The position numbers and the translations under genes were made by a program. A stretch of 64,000 nt of DNA from Octopus sinensis (Eukaryota), in NCBI RefSeq assembly GCF_006345805.1, contig NC_043009.1, positions 23,622,001-23,686,000 on the forward strand, given 5' to 3'. Positions 25,314 to 40,032 of this stretch are shown piece by piece. The notes below the pieces were generated by a model. That model was given only the letters and a program-made list of their open reading frames with translations. It had not been told where the DNA came from and ran no database searches. Positions within the stretch are counted from its first letter, which is position 1. Each line of letters starts with the position of its first letter.

Positions 25314-26030
25314 GATTGATATGTATATATATATCTTTGTTTGCTTTTATGATCAGTTATAATATGAACAATTTTATATTTAATCTTATGAGTCACTCGA
25401 TACTTTTGTAGTGTACAAATTGATTAGTCTTAAACAAGAATATTATAGATAGTGACTTCAAAGTTTCACCCAGTTAAACAATCGCTGGACTGTCAACAAT
25501 ATGCGTAATATATACACATATATATATATATAATCAAAATAAGCAGCAAGGATATCCAGAGGTAATGCATTACGATCGTTTCATGCAACACCATTTAATT
25601 GAACGATGCAATCATTACATCAATTTAAAATGTAGAGCAATCTTCAGCTGCACAAAGACATAGAATTTAATTAAATTAGAACAGATGGACACATTAGTAT
25701 AATTATACCTAAAATCTCCAAGAAGTTAAGGAGATAGACAAAGAACATGTACCTACAACAGCATAGCCGTAACTAAAATTTTCAAGAAGATATTTTCTGT
25801 CATTGATTTTTTTATGGGGTCATTTTAAATTTATTGACTAGTTTATCAAATCCATTGTATATTTAAGGCTGAGAGAAACAGAGGGCAGTATCTGTTTGGG
25901 GTAGGGTTGAGGGAGTAGACAGACATTCTAGATGGTACAGTCATAAAAATCACGATTTATTAGAAGCAATGTCATGAGGTTTAGTAAGGGAAAACTTAAA
26001 ACAAGATGTTAGCTGATAATTAATATATAT

Positions 26031-26092
<62 letters not shown>

Positions 26093-26489
26093 TACACTCT
26101 CTCTACCTCCGACTCACCCATATAAACACACATAAATGTATATTCTTTTCAAGACATACCAGAAAGTGGATACAGGTATATGCAACAGCTAGCAACATAT
26201 AGGATTAAAATGCCCTTGGATGGAAGATCGACAAAAGTTTCTTACGAGATTTGAACCCACATAACTCTTGTACTCATGGAAGACTTGCTAATCGACTATA
26301 TATATATAATATATATATATATTATATATATATATATATTCTTTTATCTTTTATTTGTTTCAATCACTAGACTGTGGGCATGCTGGAGCATGGTCTTAAA
26401 GAATTTCTTTTGTAATCGAACGAATCGATCCCAGCACATAATTTTGTTTTTTACTAAGCCCTGTACTTATTCTATCAGTTTCTTAAGTA

Positions 26490-26632
26490 GACGCAGGAGT
26501 GGCTGTGTGGTAAGTAGCTTGCTTACCAACCACATGGTTCCGGGTTCAGTCTTCTACTATAGCTTTGTGCCGACCAAAGCCTTGTGAAGGGATTTGGTAG
26601 ACGGAAACTGAAAGAAGCCCGTCGTATATATG

Positions 26633-26712
<80 letters not shown>

Positions 26713-26723
26713 TGTGTGTGTGC

Positions 26724-26758
<35 letters not shown>

Positions 26759-26960
26759 CGCGCGCGCGCGTGTGTCTGTGTTTGTCACCCTAACATCGCT
26801 TGACAATCGATGTTGGTGTGTTTACGTCCCCGTAACTTAACGGTTCTGCAAAAGAGGCCGATAGTATAAATACTAGGCTTACAAAGAATAAGTCGATTTG
26901 CTCGGCGAAATCGCGGTGCTCCAGCATGGCCGCAGTCAAATAACTGAAACAAGTAAAAGA
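26490..26960 (+). mobile_element. SINE family A with expanded internal (TG)n
   Basis: Head, body and tail present. An opposite-strand A head half follows at about 26990-27140. Confidence 0.8.
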
Positions 26961-27509
26961 GAACAATTATACATATATATATACACATGATAGGTTTCTT
27001 TTAGTTTCCGTCTACCAAATTCACTCACAAGGCTTTTAGTCGGCCCGAGGCTACAGTAGAAGACACTTGTGTAATGTGCTACGCAGTGGAACTGAACCCG
27101 GAACCAGGTGGTTAGGAAGCAAGCTTCTTACCACACAGTTAAACGTGCGCGCGCTCATTTATGGTTGGTATATTGACTAGATGTTGTAAAATTCACAAAT
27201 TGTTATTCCAGGTTTCATGTTTTCGATTTTCGAACGATTGTGTTGTATATAACATGGATAAAGCTTTATTCAAAATAACATAAGTTTATATTCGGATGGC
27301 GTATGAACCGTTGGATGTGTTCTATATACGTAAATCAATTGTTACCCGCAAATAAATAAATGAATAAATAAGTAATGGAATAAAATAAATAAATAAATGA
27401 AATATAAATAAGAAATACATATAAATACAAATATATAATCTTTACGAGGAAAAACTAGGAAAGGAGCGAAGGAAAAATTAAGTTACATATAAAAAACAAA
27501 AACGAGTAT

Positions 27510-27830
27510 TTTGTCGGTTACGTCGACAAGGGTTCCACTTGATGTGATCAACGGAACAGCCTGCTCATGAAATTAACGTGAAAATTGGCTGAGTACTCCA
27601 CAGACACGTGTACCCTCAATGTAGTTCTCAAGGAGACTCAGTGTAACACAGAGTGGGACAAGGCTGAGCCTTTGGAATTCAGGTACTGCTCAGTTTTGTC
27701 ACCTGAGTGAACTGGAGCAACATGAAATAAAGTATCTTGCTCAAGGACACAACGCAGCGTCGGAAATCGAACCCGCGACCTTACGATGGTGAACCGAATA
27801 CCTTAGCCACTAACCCACATACCTTCGCAT
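27510..27830 (-). mobile_element. SINE family D, near full length
   Basis: Minus-strand tRNA-like head (...ggtcgcgggttcgatttccgac) followed by gcgttgtgtccttgagcaagatactttatttcatgttgctccagttcactcag and the family D tail. Confidence 0.75.
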
Positions 27831-28469
27831 AAGTGACATAATAATCAGTGATCAAATCCTACCGTGTTCGTCTCAGCCTATCTCCCCCACCTGGGCTGGT
27901 TCATATATTCAGCATCACTCAAATACTGAACAGTGCAACACTTCTGAATCTGTGAGGGCGTGGTTAGAGCGTTTCACTCACGATCGTGAGATCATGAGTT
28001 CGATTCCCGGACCGGGCGGCGCGTTGTGTTCTTGAACAAAACACTTCATTTAACGTTGCTCAGCGTATGTGAGAGTGGCAGAATCGTTGGCGCGTCGGCA
28101 AAGATGTTTTACAGTATGTATTCCAGCTCTCTACATTCTGAGTTCAAATTCTACCTGCCTGAAGAAGGCAATGGGAGACTACTCCAGTCTTCATGCCAAG
28201 TCTAGTCATGGATTGCCGTAGTCCCAGTAATCTACTCAACAGTGGTAGGTGAGGGTACAGTCCCTTCCAGGTCGTATAGAGTGTGCTGGGTAAGTTGCAC
28301 ATGCTCGGAACGTGCACAAAGGTAGACCACCAATGACTAGACTATCTTTACCTCTGACGCCTCTTAAAACATATGCTTCTCCTTTCTATTGCGTTGAGTT
28401 AAATGCTTTGATATTTCGGTGACTTATTTGCATTATTCGTCAAGTAACAACAAAAACAGCCCAGCATTC

Positions 28470-29100
28470 AAAGTAAGGGCTATCGAGTCGCACCGTCTAA
28501 AGCCACCTTTCTGCTAGTTCTTTGATCCCCTGTTCATAATAATTCTGTTCCTTCGAGGCGAAGAAATACTTCATCGAAGCTTCCACCACCTTTTGGTTGA
28601 TGGAGGGTAGAAAGTGAGCCATAGATCGGAGAAAAGGAATAATCCAAGAGAGCTACTGCCGAAATCGATGCTAAGTATGGCAACAGATCGATTTCCTCAA
28701 GTTCCTGGAGATTATTTTGGCGTGTTCAAGCTGTAGGACGTTTGCGTTGTCTTGCTGCTTTCTCTTAACCAATGCCGGGTATTTTTGTCGCACAATGGCA
28801 TACATCTACTCCAGCTGTTTGAAGTACAGGTTGGCAATGATGGTTCAACCATCTAGAATGAACTGCAGGGGATTATTCCCTCATAAGTCCATCAGATGCA
28901 GAGCATCACCTTGTGTTCGAAACGCCGTTGCTTAGTGACAGGTTTGGTAGCTGATCCTTGCTTAACCACTGCTTATGTACGTTAGCACTGGGGGAAAATA
29001 TCTCCCTCAAATTATTACTTGGAATAATGGATCACCAAGTTATATCCACATTCTTTTCTTTATGTATAAGCAGACGATCAAATGAGAGTAGCATATACAT
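28470..29100 (-). pseudogene. Degenerate mariner transposase, catalytic/C-terminal portion
   Basis: Minus strand: HKQWLSKDQLP / KQRRFEHKVMLCI*WTYEGII / NLYFKQLE*MYAIVRQKYPALV / QQDNA / FRSMAHFL / YYEQGIKELAERW, a mariner-type motif order with frameshifts. Confidence 0.75.
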
Positions 29101-29107
29101 CTTTATA

Positions 29108-29888
29108 CGAAGTCTGATCAATAAGTATCCGGACTGTTACCATAGTAACAAAGCTAAAGCACGCAGAGTCAAGCCCCATGGCAGACATTGATCTTGAACT
29201 CTGTTGTGTACGTGCACTAAGTTTTAACGTTCTAGCTCACTTGTGCTGTTTACAGCAGTGCTTGGAAGGAACATGTGTAACGTGTGATCGTCGCATTGAC
29301 CACGCCAGAGAAAGTTCTCATGGCGATACCTGCTCAGATACCTGTGCAAAGTTGCAAAAAGTGTATGGAGAGGAGTGTATGAGACGCACACAAGTGTACG
29401 AATGGTTCAGACGTTTACAAGATGGCCGAAAAAATGTCGATATTGGCGAACGTTCTGGGAGACCAGCAACCAATAAAACTGAGAAAAACATCGCAGATAT
29501 GCGAGCAGCTGTGAGAGGAAATCATCGAATCAGCATCCATGAGCTATCAGAGGATGTGCAGATTAGTTGCGGTTCAGTTCAATCCGTTATCACTTGGGTA
29601 TGAGACGCGTCTCTGCCAAGTTTGAGCCAAAACTGCTTTCAGCTGATCAAAAAGACGCTTGGGTTTCAGTTGTACAAGACCTCCTTGATTGTGTCAAGAA
29701 AGCACATGGTTTCGGGTTCATTCCCACTGCATGTGGGAATTGTCAGTGTCTTCTAATATAACCTCGTGAGTGGATTTGGTAGACAGAAACTGAAAGACGC
29801 CCGTCGGATATGTATATATATATATGTACCCTGCGTGTTTAGCTTCATTACTATGGCAGCAGTCCGGATACTTATTGATAACACAACG
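29108..29888 (+). mobile_element. Internally deleted mariner element (N-terminal DNA-binding region only) containing a SINE A head fragment
   Basis: TIRs (ta)cgaagtctgatcaataagtatccggactg / cagtccggatacttattgataacacaacg(ta). Translation KLQKVYGEECMRRTQVYEWFRRLQDGR..ERSGRP..LGMRRVSAKFEPKLLS. SINE fragment at 29702-29826. Confidence 0.85.
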
Positions 29889-30117
29889 TATATTTATCAT
29901 TGGTTACTATAGTTTCGATATAGCTCCATAAATGGTTTCAAACTGATTTCAAAATGTGCGCTTTTACATTGAACCCAATATATCCGTGTGTGTATAAATA
30001 TATACACACACACGCATACATATACGTATGTGTATATATATATGTATATATATGCATAAATATACGTTTATATATATATTTGTACATATAAATATATACG
30101 CATATACATGCATATAT

Positions 30118-30312
30118 TGACCGCGTGTGTATCGTTGGCGAATTTTTTCCTTCGTCTTCCCTTGCTTTTCCTATGTTTCTGACGAAGAGCTCCGCTCGAA
30201 ACGTTAGATCCTCCTTCTTTATTTCCTTTCCTGCGCGTCCAATAACACTATACTTGTTCCACATCCTCGCATTGTTGTGTTTTCTCTTTGTGTTTTCATG
30301 TTTGGATTAACT
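30118..30312 (+). repeat. Family F element with minimal hammerhead-like motif
   Basis: gttt-CTGACGA-A-GAGCtccGCTC-GAAA-CGTT-agat at 30175-30209. Confidence 0.6.
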
Positions 30313-30459
30313 TTATTTATATAATCAGCCGAAATTGCGAAGATGATCCGGTTCTTGACTGAAGATTGAAGGCTTCGAATGTTCCGTCCGTGTTTTTTGT
30401 ATCGTCTTCTAAATGTTTCACGTCCTTGTCCCAGTTGTATTTTCTTACTTTAACATATA

Positions 30460-30501
<42 letters not shown>

Positions 30502-30569
30502 GATAGATAAACGCGCAAACACACTAACTACACACACAAAGTCACAACAATATGTATATGTATATATAG

Positions 30570-30629
<60 letters not shown>

Positions 30630-30633
<4 letters not shown>

Positions 30634-31205
30634 ATTTATCAATTAATCAATTTAGGGTAGCAAAAATTCAGTTAAAATTTATCGCTACCAGCGGCCTAGT
30701 GGAAAAAGGGAAATAGTCAAAGACTAAATATAATAAATATAACAATTTAGGAATGGCCTAACAGCCCATTCGTCCACCAGAAAGAGCATGAATTTTTTGC
30801 TACCCTAAATTGATTAATTGATAATTTTCTGACTAATTCTGAGATTGAATCGGCAGTTTATATTTGCTGCCGATAAGGTGTGGCGCGAATGCGTTGGTCT
30901 TGAAAATTTAAGACAGATATTCCCGAGGCATTGATACAGTCGCCTCGTGTATATTCGTCTCTCCCAGGTTTCTTTTACTGATGAAGTGTGACCTATGGTA
31001 GACTAGCTTAATTTAATTTAATAAGCTGGTCTATCATTAAAAACACCGAAACGATGCATCGTATAAAAGATGAATTAGGGTAAACGTTTTTAAATTTTCA
31101 CCTTATTTCCGAATTGCACTACTTGGCGGTTTGAGTTCTGCTGCTGCTCTTTCTGGTGGACGAATGGCCTGTTTAGGCCATTCCTAAATTGTTATATTTA
31201 TATTT
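30630..31205. repeat. (TA)n-flanked element with internal inversions
   Basis: About 30735-30790 is inverted against 31145-31205, and about 30790-30825 against 30635-30670. Confidence 0.65.
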
Positions 31206-31271
31206 ATATATATATATATATATAATATATATATATATATATAGATATATATATATATATACACATATATC

Positions 31272-31302
<31 letters not shown>

Positions 31303-31406
31303 TACATAATATACATATATACATATAATATATACATATATACATATATATACATATATATATAATATATATATATACATAGGTGTATATATACTTTTGT
31401 ATATAC

Positions 31407-31438
<32 letters not shown>

Positions 31439-31715
31439 TGCATGCATGTATGCATGTATTTATGTATATATGTATATATGCGGTTATGTATGTAAATATT
31501 TCATTTATCTCTTTATCCTACCCGGAAATAATAACGACAACACCAGCAGTGGCAACAACAACGATAGCAAAAACATATCTAACAACGATAAAAACAATAC
31601 CAATAACAACAACACCCATTACTAAGTACAGTACTAAAAATAACTCCAATACTAAAGAATTCCCCGAAGCCATTTTGGAGCAACAATGTACATGTGCGTC
31701 TGGGTGTATACATAA

Positions 31716-31753
<38 letters not shown>

Positions 31754-32197
31754 TGATATGTACTGATGTATATGCGAATATACTTATGCAAAAACAAACA
31801 CACATGTGTACACACACACACACACATATATATATATACACACACGTAAACAAACATACACACACACACACATTGACATGTGTGTGTATATAATACCTGT
31901 GTGTATGTGTTGATATACTCACACAAATATACGCATACGCAATGATAAATATTGACATAAATATATGACCATATACCCGTGTGCGCGCACGCATAGTTGA
32001 AACTATTTGTAAAAAATGTTTGTAACAGGAAGTATACAAAGATTTAACTGTTATAGTTAAAGCCGAAAATAAATATGACATAAATAGAAGAAAGACATGA
32101 GAAAAAAACAAAACAAAAAAACAACAGGTAGACAAATAGACAGACAAGTTGATAGATAGATAGTATAGATAGATAAATAATAGATAGTGTGTATATA

Positions 32198-32275
<78 letters not shown>

Positions 32276-32329
32276 CATATATATATATACAAATATATAT
32301 ATATATATACTCTTTTTTTCTCTCTTTTA

Positions 32330-32725
32330 CTCTTTTACTTGTTTCAGTCATTTGACTGCGGCCATGCTGGAGCACCGCCTTTAGTCGAGCAAATCGACCC
32401 CCAGGACTTAGTCTTTGTAAGCCTATCTAGTACTTATTCTATCGGTCTCTTTTGCCGAACCGCTAAGTTACGGGGACGTAAACACACCAGCATCAGTTGT
32501 CAAACGATGTTGGGGGAACAAACACAGACACACAAACAAATACACACACATGCATATATACATATATATACATATATACGACGGGCTTCTTTCAGTTACC
32601 GTCTACCAAATCCACTCACAAGGCTTTGGTCGGTCCGAGGCTATAGTAGAAGACAGTTGCCCAAGGTGCCACTCAGTGAGACTGAACCCGGAACCATGTG
32701 GTTGGTAAGCCAGCTATTTACCATA
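32330..32725 (-). mobile_element. SINE family A, near full length
   Basis: Complete reverse-complement copy. Confidence 0.9.
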
Positions 32726-32779
32726 CAGCCAGATAGACAGATAGGTAGATAGATAGACAGACAGATAGACAGGCAGCTT

Positions 32780-32882
<103 letters not shown>

Positions 32883-32883
32883 T

Positions 32884-32956
<73 letters not shown>

Positions 32957-33671
32957 CTCGATCAGATAGCGAACTAGTTAAGTAATATGGCACCGACAAC
33001 GAAAACGTGCGTCACATTCGAGTGTTTATGATGACGACAACGAGGCTATATCAACGATGATAATGGTGATAATAATGTCGATAATGTTGACAAAATAAAA
33101 GTTGGAAAAGAAGAAAAACGCTAAGACTACCGCAGGCATTTCTCGTTTACCACCAGATTCATACCCGAGAGTATTTTGGCAGCATTAATAGCGGTCCCCT
33201 TCGCACCAATATAAATATTTACATTAAAACTATCCTTCCAATATATATACTTCTGTACAAGGAAGGCTTGTCGTAAATTCTTTTATAAAATCTAACTAAT
33301 ATAAACACGTGACAAGGGGAAGTAATTATGATGGTCCGGATACATATTAAGATTTCCTTTCTCTTCTTTCTTTTCCCTATTTAATATAAAAAATGATACA
33401 ACGTATATACAAGTGTGAATAATAAGTATGTATGTATGTATGTATGTATGTATGTATGTATGTATGTATGTATGTATGTATGTATGTATGCATGAATGCA
33501 TGAATGTATGTACGTATGTATGTATAACACACATTATATATATATATACACAAATGTGTTGATTTATACATATATAAATGTACACACATGCGCATCTATA
33601 CACATTCACAGACGACACACACACACACACACACACATATCTATATGAACATATAATATACATTCATACAT

Positions 33672-33709
<38 letters not shown>

Positions 33710-33850
33710 ATATATATTATATATATTATGTATATATATATATATATATAATATGATATACAACAATGCGAGCGCGTGTGTGTGCGCGCACACGTGTGTT
33801 TTGTATCCACATACGCATTTGGGTGAATATATATATGTGTGTATTGTGTG

Positions 33851-33900
<50 letters not shown>

Positions 33901-34200
33901 GTGTGTGGTGTGTGTGTGTGTGGTGTGTGTGTATATATATTTACTATGTCTTATTTTTCTCATTGGCATCGGCCATCATTTTGAAAATGGAGGGAGAAAT
34001 AATTGTAGATTAGATCAACTTCAGTACATGTCTGGTATTTATCTCATTGACTCCGCTCACGCTCTCCCACCCATCTACCCCCTTTCATACCACTCCACCC
34101 ATCCCACCACACCATCCCTCTTCCCTGCAGGGATAAAAGTCAGACTGTCGTCTCATCAAACGATGTTTTGAATTCAAAATATCGAGGGACTAGATACGCA

Positions 34201-34232
<32 letters not shown>

Positions 34233-34431
34233 CACACACACGCACACACATCATTAGATTACCATCTCGGATTACGTCGTTTCTTCATCCTTGATTAAAT
34301 ACGCACGCATGCGTGGGTGCACACATACAAACACGCACACATACACACCCTAACAAACATGCATATATATATGTATGTATGTAAATATTTATATATAAGA
34401 TAAATATATTTATGTATATTCTCATATTCAT

Positions 34432-34525
<94 letters not shown>

Positions 34526-34558
34526 GTCTGTCTGTCTGTCTGTCTATCTGTCTCTCTG

Positions 34559-34597
<39 letters not shown>

Positions 34598-34607
34598 GTC
34601 TCTCTGT

Positions 34608-34689
<82 letters not shown>

Positions 34690-35715
34690 ATATATATATA
34701 TATATAATATATATATATATATCTATATATATATATTATATATATATATATATATATACTCATTTATAATATACATTGCATTTATATAGATGTATATGTG
34801 TTTTTTTTCTGACCGGGCGGCCTGAGAGCAGATGTCAGTCACTCACTAACATAGACTGTTCCATTACAAAGTTACAGCTTTCTGATCTGCTCAGAGTTAT
34901 CTCTCTTCGTTATTTCTTACTGTACTGAGGAAGGCGGTAAGGGGCCAGGAATGAGTCTTGGAATCCAATCGAGGGCGGCACTGAACAGTTTTTACATCTT
35001 TTACTATTTGTAGAGAACTAAGTCATTTATTTTAGGCCATCAATGTTGAGCCGCTGACGTCTAGTAAAGAAATTCGACGCTCTACTACATCGTAATGGTC
35101 AATGACAGGCTGTGGGCGATTTCTTCTGCAGTAGACAAGAAGTATTTGAAAATATACAAAACAAACAGCAGCTGGGGGACTAACAATTATTTTAAGTTAA
35201 AATATCAAGGTCGATAAAAGTCTGCCCTTGACCATTAGTAGCATATCAAATTTCTTTACTGGATGTTAATATTAAACCCATGATACGAACTAACAATGAT
35301 TTAAGGTTCATGATAAATAAAAAAAAGGCGACCTAATTCTCTATTAATTGCACACTAACCAAATTCCTTCCTTTCTTTTTCTCTGGCCGTTGGTTTGTTG
35401 CAGCTCTGAAGGTGGCGGAACCCTGTATTTTCAGTCGGACAATCGATCGCCTGAGAAGATAAAAACGTGAACACACCTAAACGTATATCTCAAACAGCTG
35501 CGAGGCTATAATAAAGAAATTAACGTATATAACCCATTAATTATGTCTGTCTGTCTGTTGCTCTCTCTCTCCCCTCTCCCTCTCTCTATATATATATGCG
35601 TTTGTGTTTATGTGTGTGTGCGTGTTTTCCTTCTTTCCTGAGCGTCCAATAACACTATACTTGTTCCACGTCCTCGCGTTGGTGTGTTTTCTCTTTGTGT
35701 TTTCATGTTTGGATT

Positions 35716-36476
35716 AAGTATTAGAAATGGCTAAAAAATCTTTTTTTGGCTGCTATTTCTAATGAGTTCAGTATGTGGCAAAGTAATTTATTTTACTAAG
35801 CCCTTTTATACAATGTAATATTTTGAATTCGCCTTAAATGGTTCCCTTATTACATACTGAATACTTGGTGAAATTGATTAATAACTATTAATTTTACCCT
35901 CAATTGTTGAAATTATAATTCATTTCTCTCTGTTTAATGCCTCGGTTTTCACCGATAAAATATGGTGTTTACTAGTCTGACCCACGTGGGTGGAAGGGGG
36001 AGAGCAGGAATTCTTCGCTTGCATATTTTGAATTTGTTGGCACTGTTAGTTTGAACGGATCTTCTGAGGTGAAAAGTCGCCAAAAGGGTATGCTCCTACT
36101 TTCAGTTTTTCCAAATCCGAATTAAGAAATTTTGGGCTGACGAAAGAAATGTCGAATTGTATTTGGCTGATCTAGAAACGAACGTTCTCAAATAATCTTT
36201 GCACTTGTGATTTTTTAATGTTTTTACCCCCATACCTTCGTGGGTTATTTTGAGTAAACACTATCTGAGAGAAATTTTCTTTAAGTATTAGAAATGTCTA
36301 AAAATCTTTTTTTGGCTGCTATTTCTAATGAGTTCAGTATGTGGCAAAGTAATTTATTTTACTAAGCCCTTTTATACAATGTAATATTTTGAATTCGCCT
36401 TAAATGGTCCTTTACATACTGAATACTTGGTGAAATTGATTAATAACTAATTAATTTTACCCTCAATTGTTGAAAT

Positions 36477-36480
<4 letters not shown>
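35716..36480. repeat. ~200-bp direct repeats (35716-35917 and 36283-36480) bracketing a ~365-bp spacer
   Basis: Near-identical aagtattagaaatg...caattgttgaaattata copies. Confidence 0.85.
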
Positions 36481-36545
<65 letters not shown>

Positions 36546-36636
36546 TTAAAGGAAATAATAAATTTTTCCTTTATGAGGGTTTTCACGCTAACTACTTGAT
36601 AAATTCTTATAAAGATTTTATCCTATTTTTAAATTG

Positions 36637-36724
<88 letters not shown>

Positions 36725-36868
36725 CATACATATATATATATATTATATATACATTAACTCGAAGGATTGCTCCATACATTTGTAAGGTACAATTATATAG
36801 TTCTTTAACAAGATTAGTACTGATAGTGACTTCAAAGTTTCGGTCAGCTAAGTCATCATCGGAGTGTG

Positions 36869-36912
<44 letters not shown>

Positions 36913-38130
36913 ACTCACACAAATACACATCACATTATTAATATATATTCGAAATAAAGCGAAAATACGACAAAATAAAAAAGAAAAATGTGAGAACTAT
37001 ACGACAAAGCTTATGTATATTGTGTGTGTGTGAGTGTGTTTGAGTGTGTGTGTGTGTATTGTGTGTGTTGTGTGTTGTGTCCCGTCATCCATTTTCTTTG
37101 TTGTTGCTTTCCTCCCTGTCTTTTTCTGTCTTTCATGCTTTCCTTCATTCCTGCCTTCTTTTTTTCTTTCCTTTTACTTTTTCACTCTTTCCTCTCCGTT
37201 TCTATCCATCCAGACATTAATTGAATAATAACCATGATGAGTAAGATAAATACAAGGATGAAGATAATTATCATTACCGCAATTATCGCATGTACAACAG
37301 CAGCCGCCATTACCACCACCACCACCACCACCACAATTACTAACGCCACCACCACAATTAATAACGCCACCACCAAGTGGACGATCGTCTTCTAAAAATA
37401 GCAACAAAGTCCTTCCTATTCTCGACCTATTGCCTCAAATACAAGGACACGTTTTAGATAATGGGGTCGTAGATAGACACCAAAAAGGCAGGGTGATGAT
37501 GGTTAGAAATGCCTTCAAGGATCCAATCGGCTGAGCTGCCGACATCAATTCTGTTCGAATTGATTTCATATTCAGTGTAATGATACACTTTTATATGCTA
37601 ATGAATGACTTGAAAATCATTTTTGCTATAAATCAATAAACAAGGAGTCATTAGCAACTAAACTTTGAAAATTTTGGTACGCCACAGACACATTTAAGCC
37701 TGTTTCCATAGTAACAAGCAGAATGTGAGAACTTTGTTGTCTGCGAGAAAGCACAAGTTGGCAAATATATTGAAACCACTTGTTTTACCTATCTATTGAC
37801 AATTGAGCATGTGAATTCATGAACTAGTCAACAAAACGTTTTTTTAAAAATAGTATATTATTATTTAATTTGTAACGCGTTGTTTATCGCATTTGCATAA
37901 AATGCATATTGAATGCTTAAAACTATTTGTTTACTCGTTTCTTTTTGTCATTAAAGTGGTTGTGAGGTGTGCTAAAAATAACAGCTAAATAACGTGTTTT
38001 GGATAAGTTGATCTGAGATTAACCTCACTTACAACATAAAAAAAACACCACCACTGCCGCCGCCGCCGCCATCGCCACCGCCACCACCACCACGACCATC
38101 ACCACCAAAAACAACAAAACCATCACCACC

Positions 38131-38162
<32 letters not shown>

Positions 38163-39065
38163 GCGTGTGTATGTAAGTATGCGTGTGTGTGTGCATGGGG
38201 GTATGTACACACGTTTGTGTGTATATATAAAATGATTCTTAATCATTCGTTTCGTTTCAAATGTTTATTTCTTCCAAATTGTCATTGTGACGTCCATAAC
38301 GTTTTTTTCCGGAGCTTTCGTTTCAAAAAAGTTTCGATCAATTTCAACCTTTCGCGGGTATTAGAGACTTGGGAATGTTGTGTACCAGGCGTACCCAGAC
38401 ACCTGAAGAATAGCGTGAAGTGATAGACATCTTCATTTCGTTTTTGATGTTTGTGGGGATGTTTTATGCACCTTTGATTTCTTGAACACCCATTGTAACA
38501 TACTGGCTGGTAGCATAACATAGTTACAAGTTGTCCGGTAGCTTTCCTATACCCGCATAAACTCTTAACCAGGCAATTTTAGATCAGAAAACTTGGGTGC
38601 TCCAACCAGGAACATATATTTCACTCTTGATAACATTCACGCAGAATGTAGCCTCTATTATATTCCTTCCCATGACTTTCATCTCTTATGCCCCTTCCGT
38701 AAGGCTTCACTTCCACACACACCAGCTTAATTTAATTCATTCTTAGTCGAAAGACGCCTGTTGTTAATGTCCTGTTGTTTGTATTCGTAAATGTGCACAA
38801 CTTCTCCGTTTTTTTCGTCCTTGCTTTCGTATACATTCGCTTGTTTTCTTCCAAGGAATCTAGCGCTCTTAATTTAGATTTTCTTGGGGCCGGCCAGATT
38901 GGAGCAGTCTCAAGTGTAACCGGCCGAAACTGCAAAGATAATCTGGTATGACTGAGGATAGGAAGCTCCGAATGACCCGTCTTTGTTTTTTCCTGTCCTT
39001 TTTATCGTCAAACTGTCCGGATGCTTTGTTGTCGCCTGTTACGTTCTTGTTCCATTTTTTGTTTT

Positions 39066-39096
<31 letters not shown>

Positions 39097-39692
39097 ATGC
39101 TTATATATAACTTATTTTTGCTTCGGTACACCCCATCCAGACACACTTGATAGAAGATACACTCTTTCTTCACCTATTTCCTCTCCTGTCTACCTTTATA
39201 TATAAAATTGAGTGAATTTAAAGATATGTGGCATTAAGTAGCAACAGTGGCGTTTCTTGAGTGTGTGCTATTCATGGGCGGTAACCCTTGAGTTTGCCTT
39301 TATCATCATCATCTTCCTCAATATCATCACCAGCAGCAGCAGCAGCCGCAACAGCAGCAGCACCGCCACCACCACCACAAGCACCATCACCCCCACAATC
39401 ACCGCCTCCACTACTTTCATCATCATCATCGTCATCATCCTCAACTTCATCGCTACAACTACCTCCACTACTACCGTCTCCACCACCACCACCACCACCG
39501 CCACCACCACCACCACCAATACCACGACCATAACTTTTATATTTTTGATGTGGGGGAGTATACCTAATTATCCCTTATGCTACTTTCCATCGTGTCTACA
39601 TTTTATTTTACCTTTTTACTTGTATTTCTGTTACTTTTCACATTTCAAAGCTAAAGTAAATAAATAAATGAATAAATAAATAAATGAATGAA

Positions 39693-39728
<36 letters not shown>

Positions 39729-39879
39729 GAAATAGTCGCCATTCTTTACAGCTGTCTTTTGAGGATTCGAGAACTGAAACATGGAAACCCGCAGACAAAT
39801 CGTCGAGTGATTAATGAACTTGTTGATTGCTATAAGGAATGAGTTGTTGGCGTCACGACGTGATGACAAAGATGACGAC

Positions 39880-40000
39880 GACGACGACGACGATGGTGAT
39901 GATGATGAATACGATGGTGATGACGACGATGATGATTTTGATGCTGATGTTGATAGCAGTGGTGGCAGTGTTGGGTGGTAGTGTTGGGTGGTAGTGGTAG

Positions 40001-40032
<32 letters not shown>

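Noticed and set aside
30355-30395. CTGAAGA-ttgaaggctt-CGAA motif (also at about 20430 minus, 21135 minus and 38952)
   Set aside because: Possibly a relic, but GAAA and stems are not intact enough to call.
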